The notes under the pieces were generated by a model. It made no database searches. It was not told where the DNA came from and saw nothing but the letters and a program-made list of their open reading frames with translations. Both the position numbers and the translations under genes were made by a program. Shown here one piece after another: positions 45,887 through 54,718 of a DNA stretch of 64,000 nt (position 1 is the first letter of the stretch; each line of letters opens with the position of its first letter). This stretch comes from Bacillota bacterium (GTDB taxonomy: Bacteria; Bacillota; Dehalobacteriia; UBA4068; UBA4997): assembly GCA_021771915.1 (NCBI GenBank), contig JAETNY010000002.1, forward strand, positions 141,825 to 205,824, written 5' to 3'.

Positions 45887-45930
45887 CCTCCTCTCTATAT
45901 TATATACACGTAACGAGAAATGCAAAATGT
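45887..45930 (-). promoter_or_regulatory. Conserved promoter/operator motif, copy C
   Basis: Same motif, ending directly at GAGAGGAGGT (RBS) and ATG 45879. Confidence 0.45.
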
Positions 45931-45950
45931 TACATAAAATTTTAAGTTTT

Positions 45951-46478
45951 TTATTTAATTGTTCTTTCATCTATCAACTTTTGCAATGCTATCTTTGCTC
46001 TACGCATTCTTTGTCTGCAAGTATTATGACTAATACCATATTCATCTGCTATTTCTTTTTGTGAATAACCATCAACGGCAAATTTTTTAAGCATTTCATA
46101 TTCTTTAGTTTTCGCTAAATCACCATATAACAAATCAAGGTCATCCTCAGAAAATTTAGTATCAGGATAATTATTTATCCAGTCTTCGATCGGAATATTC
46201 ACAAGAAATTTACTTAAGTTATCTCTAACGCGCCAATAATTATATATGTTTTTTCGTAAAATATTTATAAGGAAAGCGCCTGGTTTAGGGTGCTTAATTA
46301 ATTCATCAATTTTCCTACAAGCGATTATAAGCGTATCCTGTACCAAATCTTCTGCTGCCAAAGAACCCTTCATCATCTTGTCAGCATATTTACATAAATT
46401 TTCATATTCCATTTTATACAATGCCAATATAAAATTTTGCTCATCAAGTGTAAGTTTTCTTGATTCATCTTTTTTCAT
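45951..46478 (-). CDS. Sigma-70-family (ECF-like) sigma factor
   Basis: Region 2 (DLVQDTLIIACRKIDEL...NIYNYWR) and region 4 (GYSQKEIADEYGISHNTCRQRMRRA). Confidence 0.6.
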   Translation of the reverse strand: MKKDESRKLTLDEQNFILALYKMEYENLCKYADKMMKGSLAAEDLVQDTLIIACRKIDELIKHPKPGAFLINILRKNIYNYWRVRDNLSKFLVNIPIEDWINNYPDTKFSEDDLDLLYGDLAKTKEYEMLKKFAVDGYSQKEIADEYGISHNTCRQRMRRAKIALQKLIDERTIK

Positions 46479-46521
46479 AATAGCAACCCATTACTTCATT
46501 TTTTATTTTTTAGCTGCTTGT

Positions 46522-46872
46522 CTATATTTTAGCACGTTTCCGTTGCTTTGCCAACTCTTTCAACATACATCTAACCATATTCTTGATAATTTCCAAATCT
46601 TGCTCTGGAGCTTTATTTAACATAGCAACAATATCATTAATATCACTGGCCTGATTTTTTTCTTCACTAAGCAAATTATTAATATTAACGCCTAAGCCGT
46701 TTATCAGTTTGTACAAGCTTTCTAAACTCATTGCTTTATTGCCACACTCAACATTTGCATAAAAAGATGTAGATACTTGAAGTTTTGATGCTAATTCTTC
46801 CTGCGTAAGCCCACATTTTTTGCGATACTTACGCAAGTTTTTACCAAATAACTTATTAAGTTCTTTAGACAT
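46522..46872 (-). CDS. XRE-family HTH regulator
   Basis: LRKYRKKCGLTQEELASKLQVSTSFYANVECGNKAMSLESLYKLINGL. Confidence 0.6.
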   Translation of the reverse strand: MSKELNKLFGKNLRKYRKKCGLTQEELASKLQVSTSFYANVECGNKAMSLESLYKLINGLGVNINNLLSEEKNQASDINDIVAMLNKAPEQDLEIIKNMVRCMLKELAKQRKRAKI

Positions 46873-47121
46873 TGCAATATCACTCCAAATACTTTATCTA
46901 TTAGAATATATTATACACTTCTTAAGAAATAATTTGAATTATCTAAAAGAATTGCTTTTATTTCTATTAGGATATACATTGATATTTATAATATCTTGAC
47001 AGAAAAAATTTAATTTTATGTGTTTGTATGTTGCCTTATTTTATAGTAGACTTTACCATAAACAATCAAAAAATATATAGACTTTTTGCCAACCTTGTGC
47101 TAAAATAATTTTAGAGGAGAA

Positions 47122-48126
47122 ATGCTAATGAAAGTTGAATCGCCAATCGCTCAAATTATCCGTACCGCAACAGAACAAAATATAAGTAATGCAGACGAGA
47201 GCGAAGCTAATGATAATCAGAAAACACTTTTCGACTCTTCCTGCAAAAGAATATTATCTATTAAAATTTTTCTGGCTTGGATAATGAAAGCTTGTATGGA
47301 AGAATACAAAGACTGTGATGTAAACGATATTGCCGAAAAATATATTGAGGGAGAGCCGGAAATAAGCACAACTCCGGTATTGCCAGACGAAAATATCCTC
47401 ATAAATGGCACAGCCAATGAAGATACCTCAACCAAAGAGGGAACTATTGTGTATGATATTCGTTTCTATGCGGCAGCTCCTAAAAGAGATGGCTTAACCA
47501 GACTGATTGTCAATGTGGAGGCTCAATCACAATGGAATCCCGGCTATCCTCTGATTATGCGAGGACTGTTCTATTGCTGCCGGATGATTTCAGCGCAATA
47601 CAACCGGGAATTTAATAAATCACATTACGAAAAGATAAAAAAAGTTGTAAGCATTTGGGTTTGTAAAAATCCAACAGCAGAACGCCGCAATACCATAAAT
47701 CAGTATTATATAGCAGAAAAAAATCTGGTTGGCAGCGCCAAAGAAGAGCGTGCTCATTATGATTTACTGTCGGTTTTCATAATCGGGCTTGGCCGCAAAG
47801 AAGATAAAAATTATGAAGGTATTTTAGAATTGTTGGAGGTTATCCTCTCTACCAAAATAGAAAACGAAGAAAGAGAAAGAATATTACAGAAAAAATTCGG
47901 CATTATTATGAGTGAGGAAATGAAAGGAGAGTTTGAAATTATGTGTAATCTCAGTCAGGCAATAGAAGATAAAGGCATTGAAAAAGGTAAATTTGAAGCA
48001 ACACTTTCTAATCTTCAAAGTCTAATAAACACATTAAGTTTATCTACTGAAAAAGCAATGGACGTTCTTAATATTCCACAAGATGAAAGAACCAAATATA
48101 CCCCCCATATTAAACACGTTAACTAA
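47122..48126 (+). CDS. Rpn/YhgA-like PD-(D/E)xK recombination-promoting nuclease (putative transposase)
   Basis: YDIRFY...RLIVNVEAQSQW matches the Rpn-family D...(I/V)E(I/A)Q core. Confidence 0.55.
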   Translation: MLMKVESPIAQIIRTATEQNISNADESEANDNQKTLFDSSCKRILSIKIFLAWIMKACMEEYKDCDVNDIAEKYIEGEPEISTTPVLPDENILINGTANEDTSTKEGTIVYDIRFYAAAPKRDGLTRLIVNVEAQSQWNPGYPLIMRGLFYCCRMISAQYNREFNKSHYEKIKKVVSIWVCKNPTAERRNTINQYYIAEKNLVGSAKEERAHYDLLSVFIIGLGRKEDKNYEGILELLEVILSTKIENEERERILQKKFGIIMSEEMKGEFEIMCNLSQAIEDKGIEKGKFEATLSNLQSLINTLSLSTEKAMDVLNIPQDERTKYTPHIKHVN

Positions 48127-48192
48127 AATATTATTTAATTATTCAAATTAAGTAAATTAGCCAAGAATCTACGTTTTTAACAATATCTATTA

Positions 48193-48238
48193 AAAAGAAA
48201 GTATTAAGAAGCAAAAATCTTAATACTTTCTTTTTTAT
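48193..48238 (+). terminator. Strong Rho-independent terminator
   Basis: Perfect 16-bp stem AAAGAAAGTATTAAGA / TCTTAATACTTTCTTT followed by TTTT. Confidence 0.7.
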
Positions 48239-48367
48239 TAAATAACAAAAAACTATTGGTTTTTTTTATTTTATATACTAAAATGTAGATATAATGGATA
48301 TTATTACCAAAATGAAATAATAATATCGAATTATAGTATAGTTTATATAAAAGGATATTAAGATGAT

Positions 48368-49075
48368 ATGAGTCAGCCACAACCTGAACAAAACGAAAAA
48401 AAATTAAACTGTCTTAAAGAATTAATTACAATAATAATAACACTAATAGTATTTAGTTATTCTAATATTTTTGCAGTTCCTCAAATTAAATTTTACCAAG
48501 AAAATGATAATGATGTTTACAAGGATGTTTACTTGGTAAAAAATCTTGTAGGTACAGACTTTGCCGGTGTATCAATGATAACACATCCACAAATTTTAAT
48601 AACGTATAAAGATAATGTTATTCTAATTGCACATTTAAATAATTATTATGAAACAGAATATTTAATTTTTGATTCTGATAATAAAGCTATTGGTGTTAAA
48701 ACAAATCAGGAGTATTGCACGGCTTTAATACAATATATCCGAACGCAAATACTAGAGCAGATAGGTAATAGCTTGGGTAAACAAATTCAACAAAATATTG
48801 AATCAGATTTTAGAATATATGATAGTATCCTTGCTGGAATACAATATAAAAATATGCTAATTTCTGAAAGAAAAAAAATGTGTATTATTGAAGATGGTGG
48901 AATTGCAATAGGATATACTGATATAAAAAATAAAATAATTTCTAATAGATTGTATGAAATGGAAATAGATTTGGCAAATGATGAACAAGTTATCTATATA
49001 GATTCGAAGGTTTCCCAAATAATAAATACGGTATCTAATGAAATATTAAAATTATATAAAGAAACAAAAGAATAA
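48368..49075 (+). CDS. Membrane-anchored hypothetical protein
   Basis: 235 aa, one N-terminal TM. Extremely AT-rich. Confidence 0.3.
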   Translation: MSQPQPEQNEKKLNCLKELITIIITLIVFSYSNIFAVPQIKFYQENDNDVYKDVYLVKNLVGTDFAGVSMITHPQILITYKDNVILIAHLNNYYETEYLIFDSDNKAIGVKTNQEYCTALIQYIRTQILEQIGNSLGKQIQQNIESDFRIYDSILAGIQYKNMLISERKKMCIIEDGGIAIGYTDIKNKIISNRLYEMEIDLANDEQVIYIDSKVSQIINTVSNEILKLYKETKE

Positions 49076-49098
49076 GTTTTGAAGGTTGGTATATTATT

Positions 49099-50172
49099 AT
49101 GATAAATAATCATACACACCATTCTGACCAGCATCGCCGTCGTCGTTTAACACCATTTGGAAAAGTAATAAAATTTTTTTTAATAGTAGTTAGTTTATGG
49201 TTTTTGCTTTTTATTATTCTTAAAGTAAAAAATGCATTTGCTAACGATGATTATAACTATTTAAAAACAGAAATTGCATCACAAACAGATATCAATGAGC
49301 TGTTTAAAAGGCGAGAAAAAAATAATAGTAATAGTGATCCTGATATAACTATTTTGTACAAACTTCATATTTCTGAAGATGTTGTCCTTTCTAATACAAC
49401 ACTCAATGATAATAAACAGTTTTTTTCAAGTATATATGCTGATGGTAAATACAAAAGCCTTGAACCAAAGATAACAGACAGCAACTACTACTTTATATTT
49501 AATACACCACATCTTAAAAAAGCATCAGATAGAAAAAATAAGTATAATGAAAATCAAAATATTCCCAACTACTATTTTTATGGAAACGAACTCAACAATG
49601 AAATTTTAAAAGAACCAAAAAATGAAGATCCTAAATTGCCATTTAATGTTCGTATGAAAATCGCTGCTGATGGAGTACACACCTTTGAATTATTTTTAGA
49701 AAACATTGATCGCAACATAAATAATTCATCTTCGCCGGTGATAATTAACACTGATTATATTTGCCTTATTAACGGAAAAGTATACTGGAAGTTTGCTAAT
49801 GATTTCTTGTATGGAGGAGAAGAAGAAGTACAACCATATCTGAATAGTTTCCTTATTAACGCTTATACCTGTTTTGAAATTGGTTTGGAATATATTGAAG
49901 AAACAGATAAATATGCAAATAAGTATTATGCTTTGTTTTTGTATTATAAAGCAAATACAGCTGAAAGAATATTAAAAATAATGGATGAAGAAAAAATGAA
50001 TGGAATAAATATAGACGAAGCCTTATTTCAAAAGCTAGGAGAAACTTCGCTTTCTTGTTACTCGGAAGCTCAACAATTATTTTTTAACGATTTCTACGAA
50101 AAAGAAGATTATATTCAAAGTAATATACAAAATGGACTTAAAACTATTAATGGATATGGATTTAGCAATTAG
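49099..50172 (+). CDS. Membrane-anchored hypothetical protein
   Basis: 357 aa. N-terminal His/Arg-rich tail then one TM. Extremely AT-rich. Confidence 0.3.
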   Translation: MINNHTHHSDQHRRRRLTPFGKVIKFFLIVVSLWFLLFIILKVKNAFANDDYNYLKTEIASQTDINELFKRREKNNSNSDPDITILYKLHISEDVVLSNTTLNDNKQFFSSIYADGKYKSLEPKITDSNYYFIFNTPHLKKASDRKNKYNENQNIPNYYFYGNELNNEILKEPKNEDPKLPFNVRMKIAADGVHTFELFLENIDRNINNSSSPVIINTDYICLINGKVYWKFANDFLYGGEEEVQPYLNSFLINAYTCFEIGLEYIEETDKYANKYYALFLYYKANTAERILKIMDEEKMNGINIDEALFQKLGETSLSCYSEAQQLFFNDFYEKEDYIQSNIQNGLKTINGYGFSN

Positions 50173-50289
50173 CTATATTGATAAAATTATAATTGACCAG
50201 TCAAGCAAGGTAAATAATAAATCTAATTTTTTTGAGAGAAATTAATGAAGATTTTTTAAGTTTTCAGCTTTATAATTACACGACTAACA

Positions 50290-51700
50290 GCCCCAGTAGA
50301 TGAATTAAACTGGGGCTATATTATTATTGCCGTGATTTCTGATTTACTCAAATTAAGCCGCTGCCGCCATACCCAGTCTTATAGCGTGTTCTTTAGCTGT
50401 GCGTAATTCAAATGGTTTCCTATCCCTCAAAACAGCAAAAATAATATTTACAAGCTTTCGCATAACTGCACACATAGCTACTTTTTGTAGCTTCGTTTTA
50501 CATTTATTTCTATAATATTCCGCCAAAACAGGATTGCCAACTGTCCGTCTTGTCTGCAAACTAATAGCATTAACCGCAGCCATATGCAGCGCTGCCCTAG
50601 CCTGGCCGGATCCTCGCTTGGACATTTTATTCTTTGTTCCTCTAAATGTGCCGGACTGCCTTTCTCCCGGATCAAGACCAAAATAAGCAACCAATTCCTT
50701 GGGTTTCTTAAATAATGCAAAATCACCAATTTCTGAAAGTATAACCAACGAAGAATGAATACCTATCCCCGGTATTGTACGCAGCAATAACAGATTATTC
50801 CGTATGTATTCTTCCTGCAAAAACAATTCCTCCAATTTGCTCTCAATCTGACGTAAACTTTCCAGTACAGTTAAATCCGCTTTAATCATAAGATCGCTAC
50901 CCAGAGTTTCAAAAGAGCTTTCCTTTGCTGCCTGCGCTGCACAAATAAGCTGTTCTGCCTTTTTACGGCTGAAGCTAAATCCCCGGTTTGGCGCTGCTGC
51001 ATTAATTATAGCGTCAACATTTTCCGTACCCTTCAAAACCACCAGTTCCGGAGTTGGACATTCCCGTAAAACAGCACGAGAACTCACACCGCCTATATCG
51101 CAAAATACCGTATCATATCCGGGAAAGACCTGCTCCAAATAAACCCTTAAACGATTTTTATAGCGAGCCGCATCCACAAGAAGTTCCGAACGCTGCCGGC
51201 AAAGCATACGCATACACCGCAGATTACCCTGCGGAATTTGCGCCGGGCGAAGTATTTTCAATCTGTACAGCAGGGCTATTTTATGAGCGTCTACCTTATC
51301 ATTTTTTACTTTGCGAATATTAAGATTTCTCAGCGCACCACTCTGAACCGGGTTTACCACTATAACCTCAAAACCTGCTTTTTGAAAAAACTGATATGGA
51401 ATTAAGTGATAATGCGATGTTGATTCCATAACAACGACAACAGGAACATTGTATTCCTTTTCAATATTATGTAATTGGGTTATGACTTTTGTAAAATCAG
51501 ACACATTATGATAAATCTTCATTTGTGCTATAACCTCATTATCCGGAGCAAGTATACACATTTCACTAAAATTTTTACTAACATCAATACCAACAACAAC
51601 ATTTTTATTCATAAATTCAGCTCCTTTGTTTGGGATTGTTTCATCTTAAAAAAGATTTATCAGGCGCATTTTAAATTCGGGTAAGCATATAAGATTGCAC
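50290..51700 (-). mobile_element. IS110-family insertion sequence (approximate ends)
   Basis: Single transposase ORF. GC content differs from the flanks. Hairpin at 50294-50322. Confidence 0.45.
50353..51612 (-). CDS. IS110-family transposase
   Basis: N-terminus VVVGIDVSKNFSEMCIL (DEDD motif I) and C-terminal IS116/IS110/IS902 region (YFGLDPGERQSGTFRG). Confidence 0.8.
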   Translation of the reverse strand: MNKNVVVGIDVSKNFSEMCILAPDNEVIAQMKIYHNVSDFTKVITQLHNIEKEYNVPVVVVMESTSHYHLIPYQFFQKAGFEVIVVNPVQSGALRNLNIRKVKNDKVDAHKIALLYRLKILRPAQIPQGNLRCMRMLCRQRSELLVDAARYKNRLRVYLEQVFPGYDTVFCDIGGVSSRAVLRECPTPELVVLKGTENVDAIINAAAPNRGFSFSRKKAEQLICAAQAAKESSFETLGSDLMIKADLTVLESLRQIESKLEELFLQEEYIRNNLLLLRTIPGIGIHSSLVILSEIGDFALFKKPKELVAYFGLDPGERQSGTFRGTKNKMSKRGSGQARAALHMAAVNAISLQTRRTVGNPVLAEYYRNKCKTKLQKVAMCAVMRKLVNIIFAVLRDRKPFELRTAKEHAIRLGMAAAA

Positions 51701-51943
51701 CCATCCAGTCAAATGATATATACTTTTACGGACTGTCAACGCTTAGAGTAATTCCGGAGGAAACCCAGCAAGCTGGTGTGCCACTTTCTATCCCTTTTAG
51801 TATAATCTTAATACGACTTGCCGATAAGTGCAATCTCCTATACTCTTTTTGTCAGAAACATTTTTAATAACTTATTCTGACTATAATAATTATATCATAA
51901 TTATACCTGCAAGCTGGGCGTCTGGGTACCCAAACGCAAAAAT

Positions 51944-51975
51944 GGCCTATTCGGTTAATTCCGAATAGGTCATTT
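51944..51975 (-). terminator. Terminator of the mob operon
   Basis: Minus sense: CCTATTCGG-AATTAA-CCGAATAGG followed by CCATTTTTG. Confidence 0.45.
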
Positions 51976-52114
51976 CACTTATCAGGGGCGGCAGCCCCCG
52001 AACCCCCCTTTAACCTCCAAACTTCGTTTGGAGGGCTACGCATTTCAGCCTGCGGCTGAAACGCTTATATCTGAATTGCGCCAGACCAGAAATCGGTATT
52101 GCTTCGCTAACAAT

Positions 52115-53529
52115 TCAGCGGATCGCCTTTGGCTCTCTTTGATTTGTTTTTTCTTTATTCCTGCCGTCTTCAATCTCCAGCAAATTATCAACATTAGCTT
52201 TAACAGTTAAAAACTCTTTCATTTCCTCTCTGGCCTGCCGGTATTCTCCATAAGCCGCTTTCTTTTCCCGCAGCAGCTTGGAATATTCAGCCTGCAAACT
52301 TTTAACAGTAGGCAGCTTTTTCAAACCGGCTTCATCAAAAAACTGCTTCGCCGCCTTATGAAGCAGCAAAGCGCTTTCGTGTTCGGCGGCAAACTTTTTA
52401 GAATAGCCAGCCTTTCTATAAGCCACATAAACCTCCCTGGTTTTGGCGTAGTTTATAATGTGCGTTTTCAAAACTGCAATCTCCGCCATTCGCTTTTCCG
52501 CGGACTTAATCCGACCGGATAATTCCTCAAAACGCTGACTTGCCGCCGCAGTTTTGGCAGCCAATTCTTCATACGATAACAAATTATTTTCATTCAGATA
52601 GTTATAGGTTTTTGCCATCTGCTTTAGGTTGAAAACACCAGCCCAACGGGAGTAACCGCCGCCTTTTCCCTCTGCCAATTTCTGCTGAACGTCTATCAAA
52701 AGATTTATTTTATCCTTTGCTTTAGGCATTTTACCAGAGGTTAAAGCCGCCTTTAATTCCGCTTCGGAATAGCCCTCGCCCAAACTATCCAGCCTGGCAG
52801 ACTGTTTCCAACCAGCGGCCTTTAAGCGCCAGCTTTTGCCTCGCTTATCAATCTCAATATTATCAGCTTGCAGCAGTTCAATCAATGTTTCAAAATCCAT
52901 TGGCTTTTGAGATAAAGCCTTATCTATGGCCTGCCGCAGCACATCTCTATGCGATGGCTTGTCCGCAATCCCCTGCTGCTCCTGCCACCGGTTATAACTT
53001 AAACCCCGGCGGCGTTTTGGCTCCTCAATAACCGAATAGCCATTTTCAATGCAAATTGTATCGCTTAACCTGCGCACCGCCTTACCGCTGCCAAGAAAAT
53101 CACGAAACTTTTTCGTGCAGTCTAAATTGGTAGAATTGAAAATAACGTGGCTGTGAATATGGCGGCGGTCAATGTGAGTACAAACTACAAAGGCGTGCTG
53201 CCCTTTGGTAAACCGCATACCCAACTCATAACCCAACCGGTTAGCTTCCTCCGCAGTTATCTCGCCTGGCTTAAAAGACTGCCGGATTTGGTAGGCGATA
53301 ACGTCATTTTCTTTTTGCTCCCGTCCGCTTTTGGTTTGGTAAATTCTTTGAGATAGAGCAAATTCAACGTCAGCAAGTCTGCTGTCGCACTTATAACTGC
53401 TGATGAGTTTGCCGTTATTCGTCTTTTCCGGGTTTTCCACATAATCAATAATATCGCTTATGGCTTTACCTGCTTTTCTGCCCTTGCCTATGTACAGCGG
53501 AATAAATCTTGTCGTTGCCGTTTATTCAT
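52115..53529 (-). CDS. MobA/VirD2-type relaxase; apparent 1-nt deletion near codon 3-4
   Basis: HxH motif HIDRRHIHSHVIFN. Conserved N-terminus TATTRFIPLYIGKG continues upstream of the first in-frame start, with an in-frame TAA before it. An ATG at 53527-53529 (8 nt after the mobC stop) falls into frame if one A is added to the AAA run at 53521-53523. Confidence 0.6.
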
Positions 53530-53539
53530 CACCACCAAT

Positions 53540-53881
53540 TTACTTTATTTTTGCCAGCCCCTTTAACAGCTTATCCGCCATATCCCAAAGGCGGTCAAAG
53601 TTTTGCCGCAAATCCTCTAAATCTTCAGCATAAAAACGCCCGGTTTTGTGAACCCTTTTCGTCAGCTGATTTAGATTATTAGAGGAGCGCCGGAGCAGAG
53701 AGATTAAATCCCGCAACTCCGGCACTTCCAGATTAATAATATATCCGTCAATAGCCATTTTCCGCAAATAGGCCGCCATATTAGAAGTTCCCAGCAGCGC
53801 CATCTTCCGCTCAATAATTTGCCGCTCCTCTGGCGTTACCCGGAATTTAAGCTGTACTTCACGCTCTCTTTTTTCAAACAT
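53540..53881 (-). CDS. mobC: MobC-like relaxosome accessory protein
   Basis: 113 aa, ribbon-helix-helix-like N-terminus (KFRVTPEERQIIERKMALLG), directly upstream of the relaxase. Confidence 0.55.
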   Translation of the reverse strand: MFEKREREVQLKFRVTPEERQIIERKMALLGTSNMAAYLRKMAIDGYIINLEVPELRDLISLLRRSSNNLNQLTKRVHKTGRFYAEDLEDLRQNFDRLWDMADKLLKGLAKIK

Positions 53882-53884
53882 AAA

Positions 53885-54703
53885 TTATCGCTCCGGCCCC
53901 TTATGCTTTTCCACAGATGTAGATTTAGACGGCTGTTTGGGCTGGTGCAGCTGTGCCAAAATGGAGGGCCGGGCTTTTGTCTGTTCTCGCTTACATTCCG
54001 GCTCCAACTTTCTAACGCCGTCCGCAAACAAATTCAGCAAATCGGGGTGAACGCTAAAAGCAACAAATTTTCGACTGCGCTCCTCATCTACCGGAGCCGG
54101 AACACTTTTAACCCACTCCCTGTTCTGCGCAGATATTCTGCCGTCCCAGGCCAGATTGCGTACCATATTAGCCAGCACAAAGTTTAGCCGCTCCATACCA
54201 AAACGAGGCAGAACCTCCTGGATTGCTTTGTTTGTATCCAAAGAATTGCCCGAATAATTCTTATTTATAGCCGTTTCTATGGCATTGCTGCAGGCAACGT
54301 CCTCATTATGCGATTTCATACACAAATCGCATTCATTATGCTCTTTAGCATAGCTATAAGTCTGATTATATACCGGTAAACTGGCAAACTGTATAGGTTT
54401 CTCCTGCTCCTGTTGAATAAAAATATTGGCTCTTTCCTCAACCGTATCTCGAATATCCTGCATATGGCCGGTTTCCTGCTTTTCCAAATCCTTATAAATA
54501 TCATCTAAAGTACAAGAATTTTGCAGCAGCGCTTTAACCTGGGCTAAAGATAAATCGTTATCGGATAAGGCTATTAAAATATCCTCCCTGACAATATACT
54601 CATAAGCGTGCTGCAAAGCCTCCGCCGACAGCTTTTCATACAAAGCAGCGTTCAATTCCTCTTTAGTCATATTTTCAAATTCGTTAATATTTTTTTCTTC
54701 CAT
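53885..54703 (-). CDS. Hypothetical conjugative-element protein
   Basis: 272-aa acidic protein between the polyvalent protein gene and mobC. Confidence 0.3.
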   Translation of the reverse strand: MEEKNINEFENMTKEELNAALYEKLSAEALQHAYEYIVREDILIALSDNDLSLAQVKALLQNSCTLDDIYKDLEKQETGHMQDIRDTVEERANIFIQQEQEKPIQFASLPVYNQTYSYAKEHNECDLCMKSHNEDVACSNAIETAINKNYSGNSLDTNKAIQEVLPRFGMERLNFVLANMVRNLAWDGRISAQNREWVKSVPAPVDEERSRKFVAFSVHPDLLNLFADGVRKLEPECKREQTKARPSILAQLHQPKQPSKSTSVEKHKGPER

Positions 54704-54718
54704 ATATTATCCCCCTCC

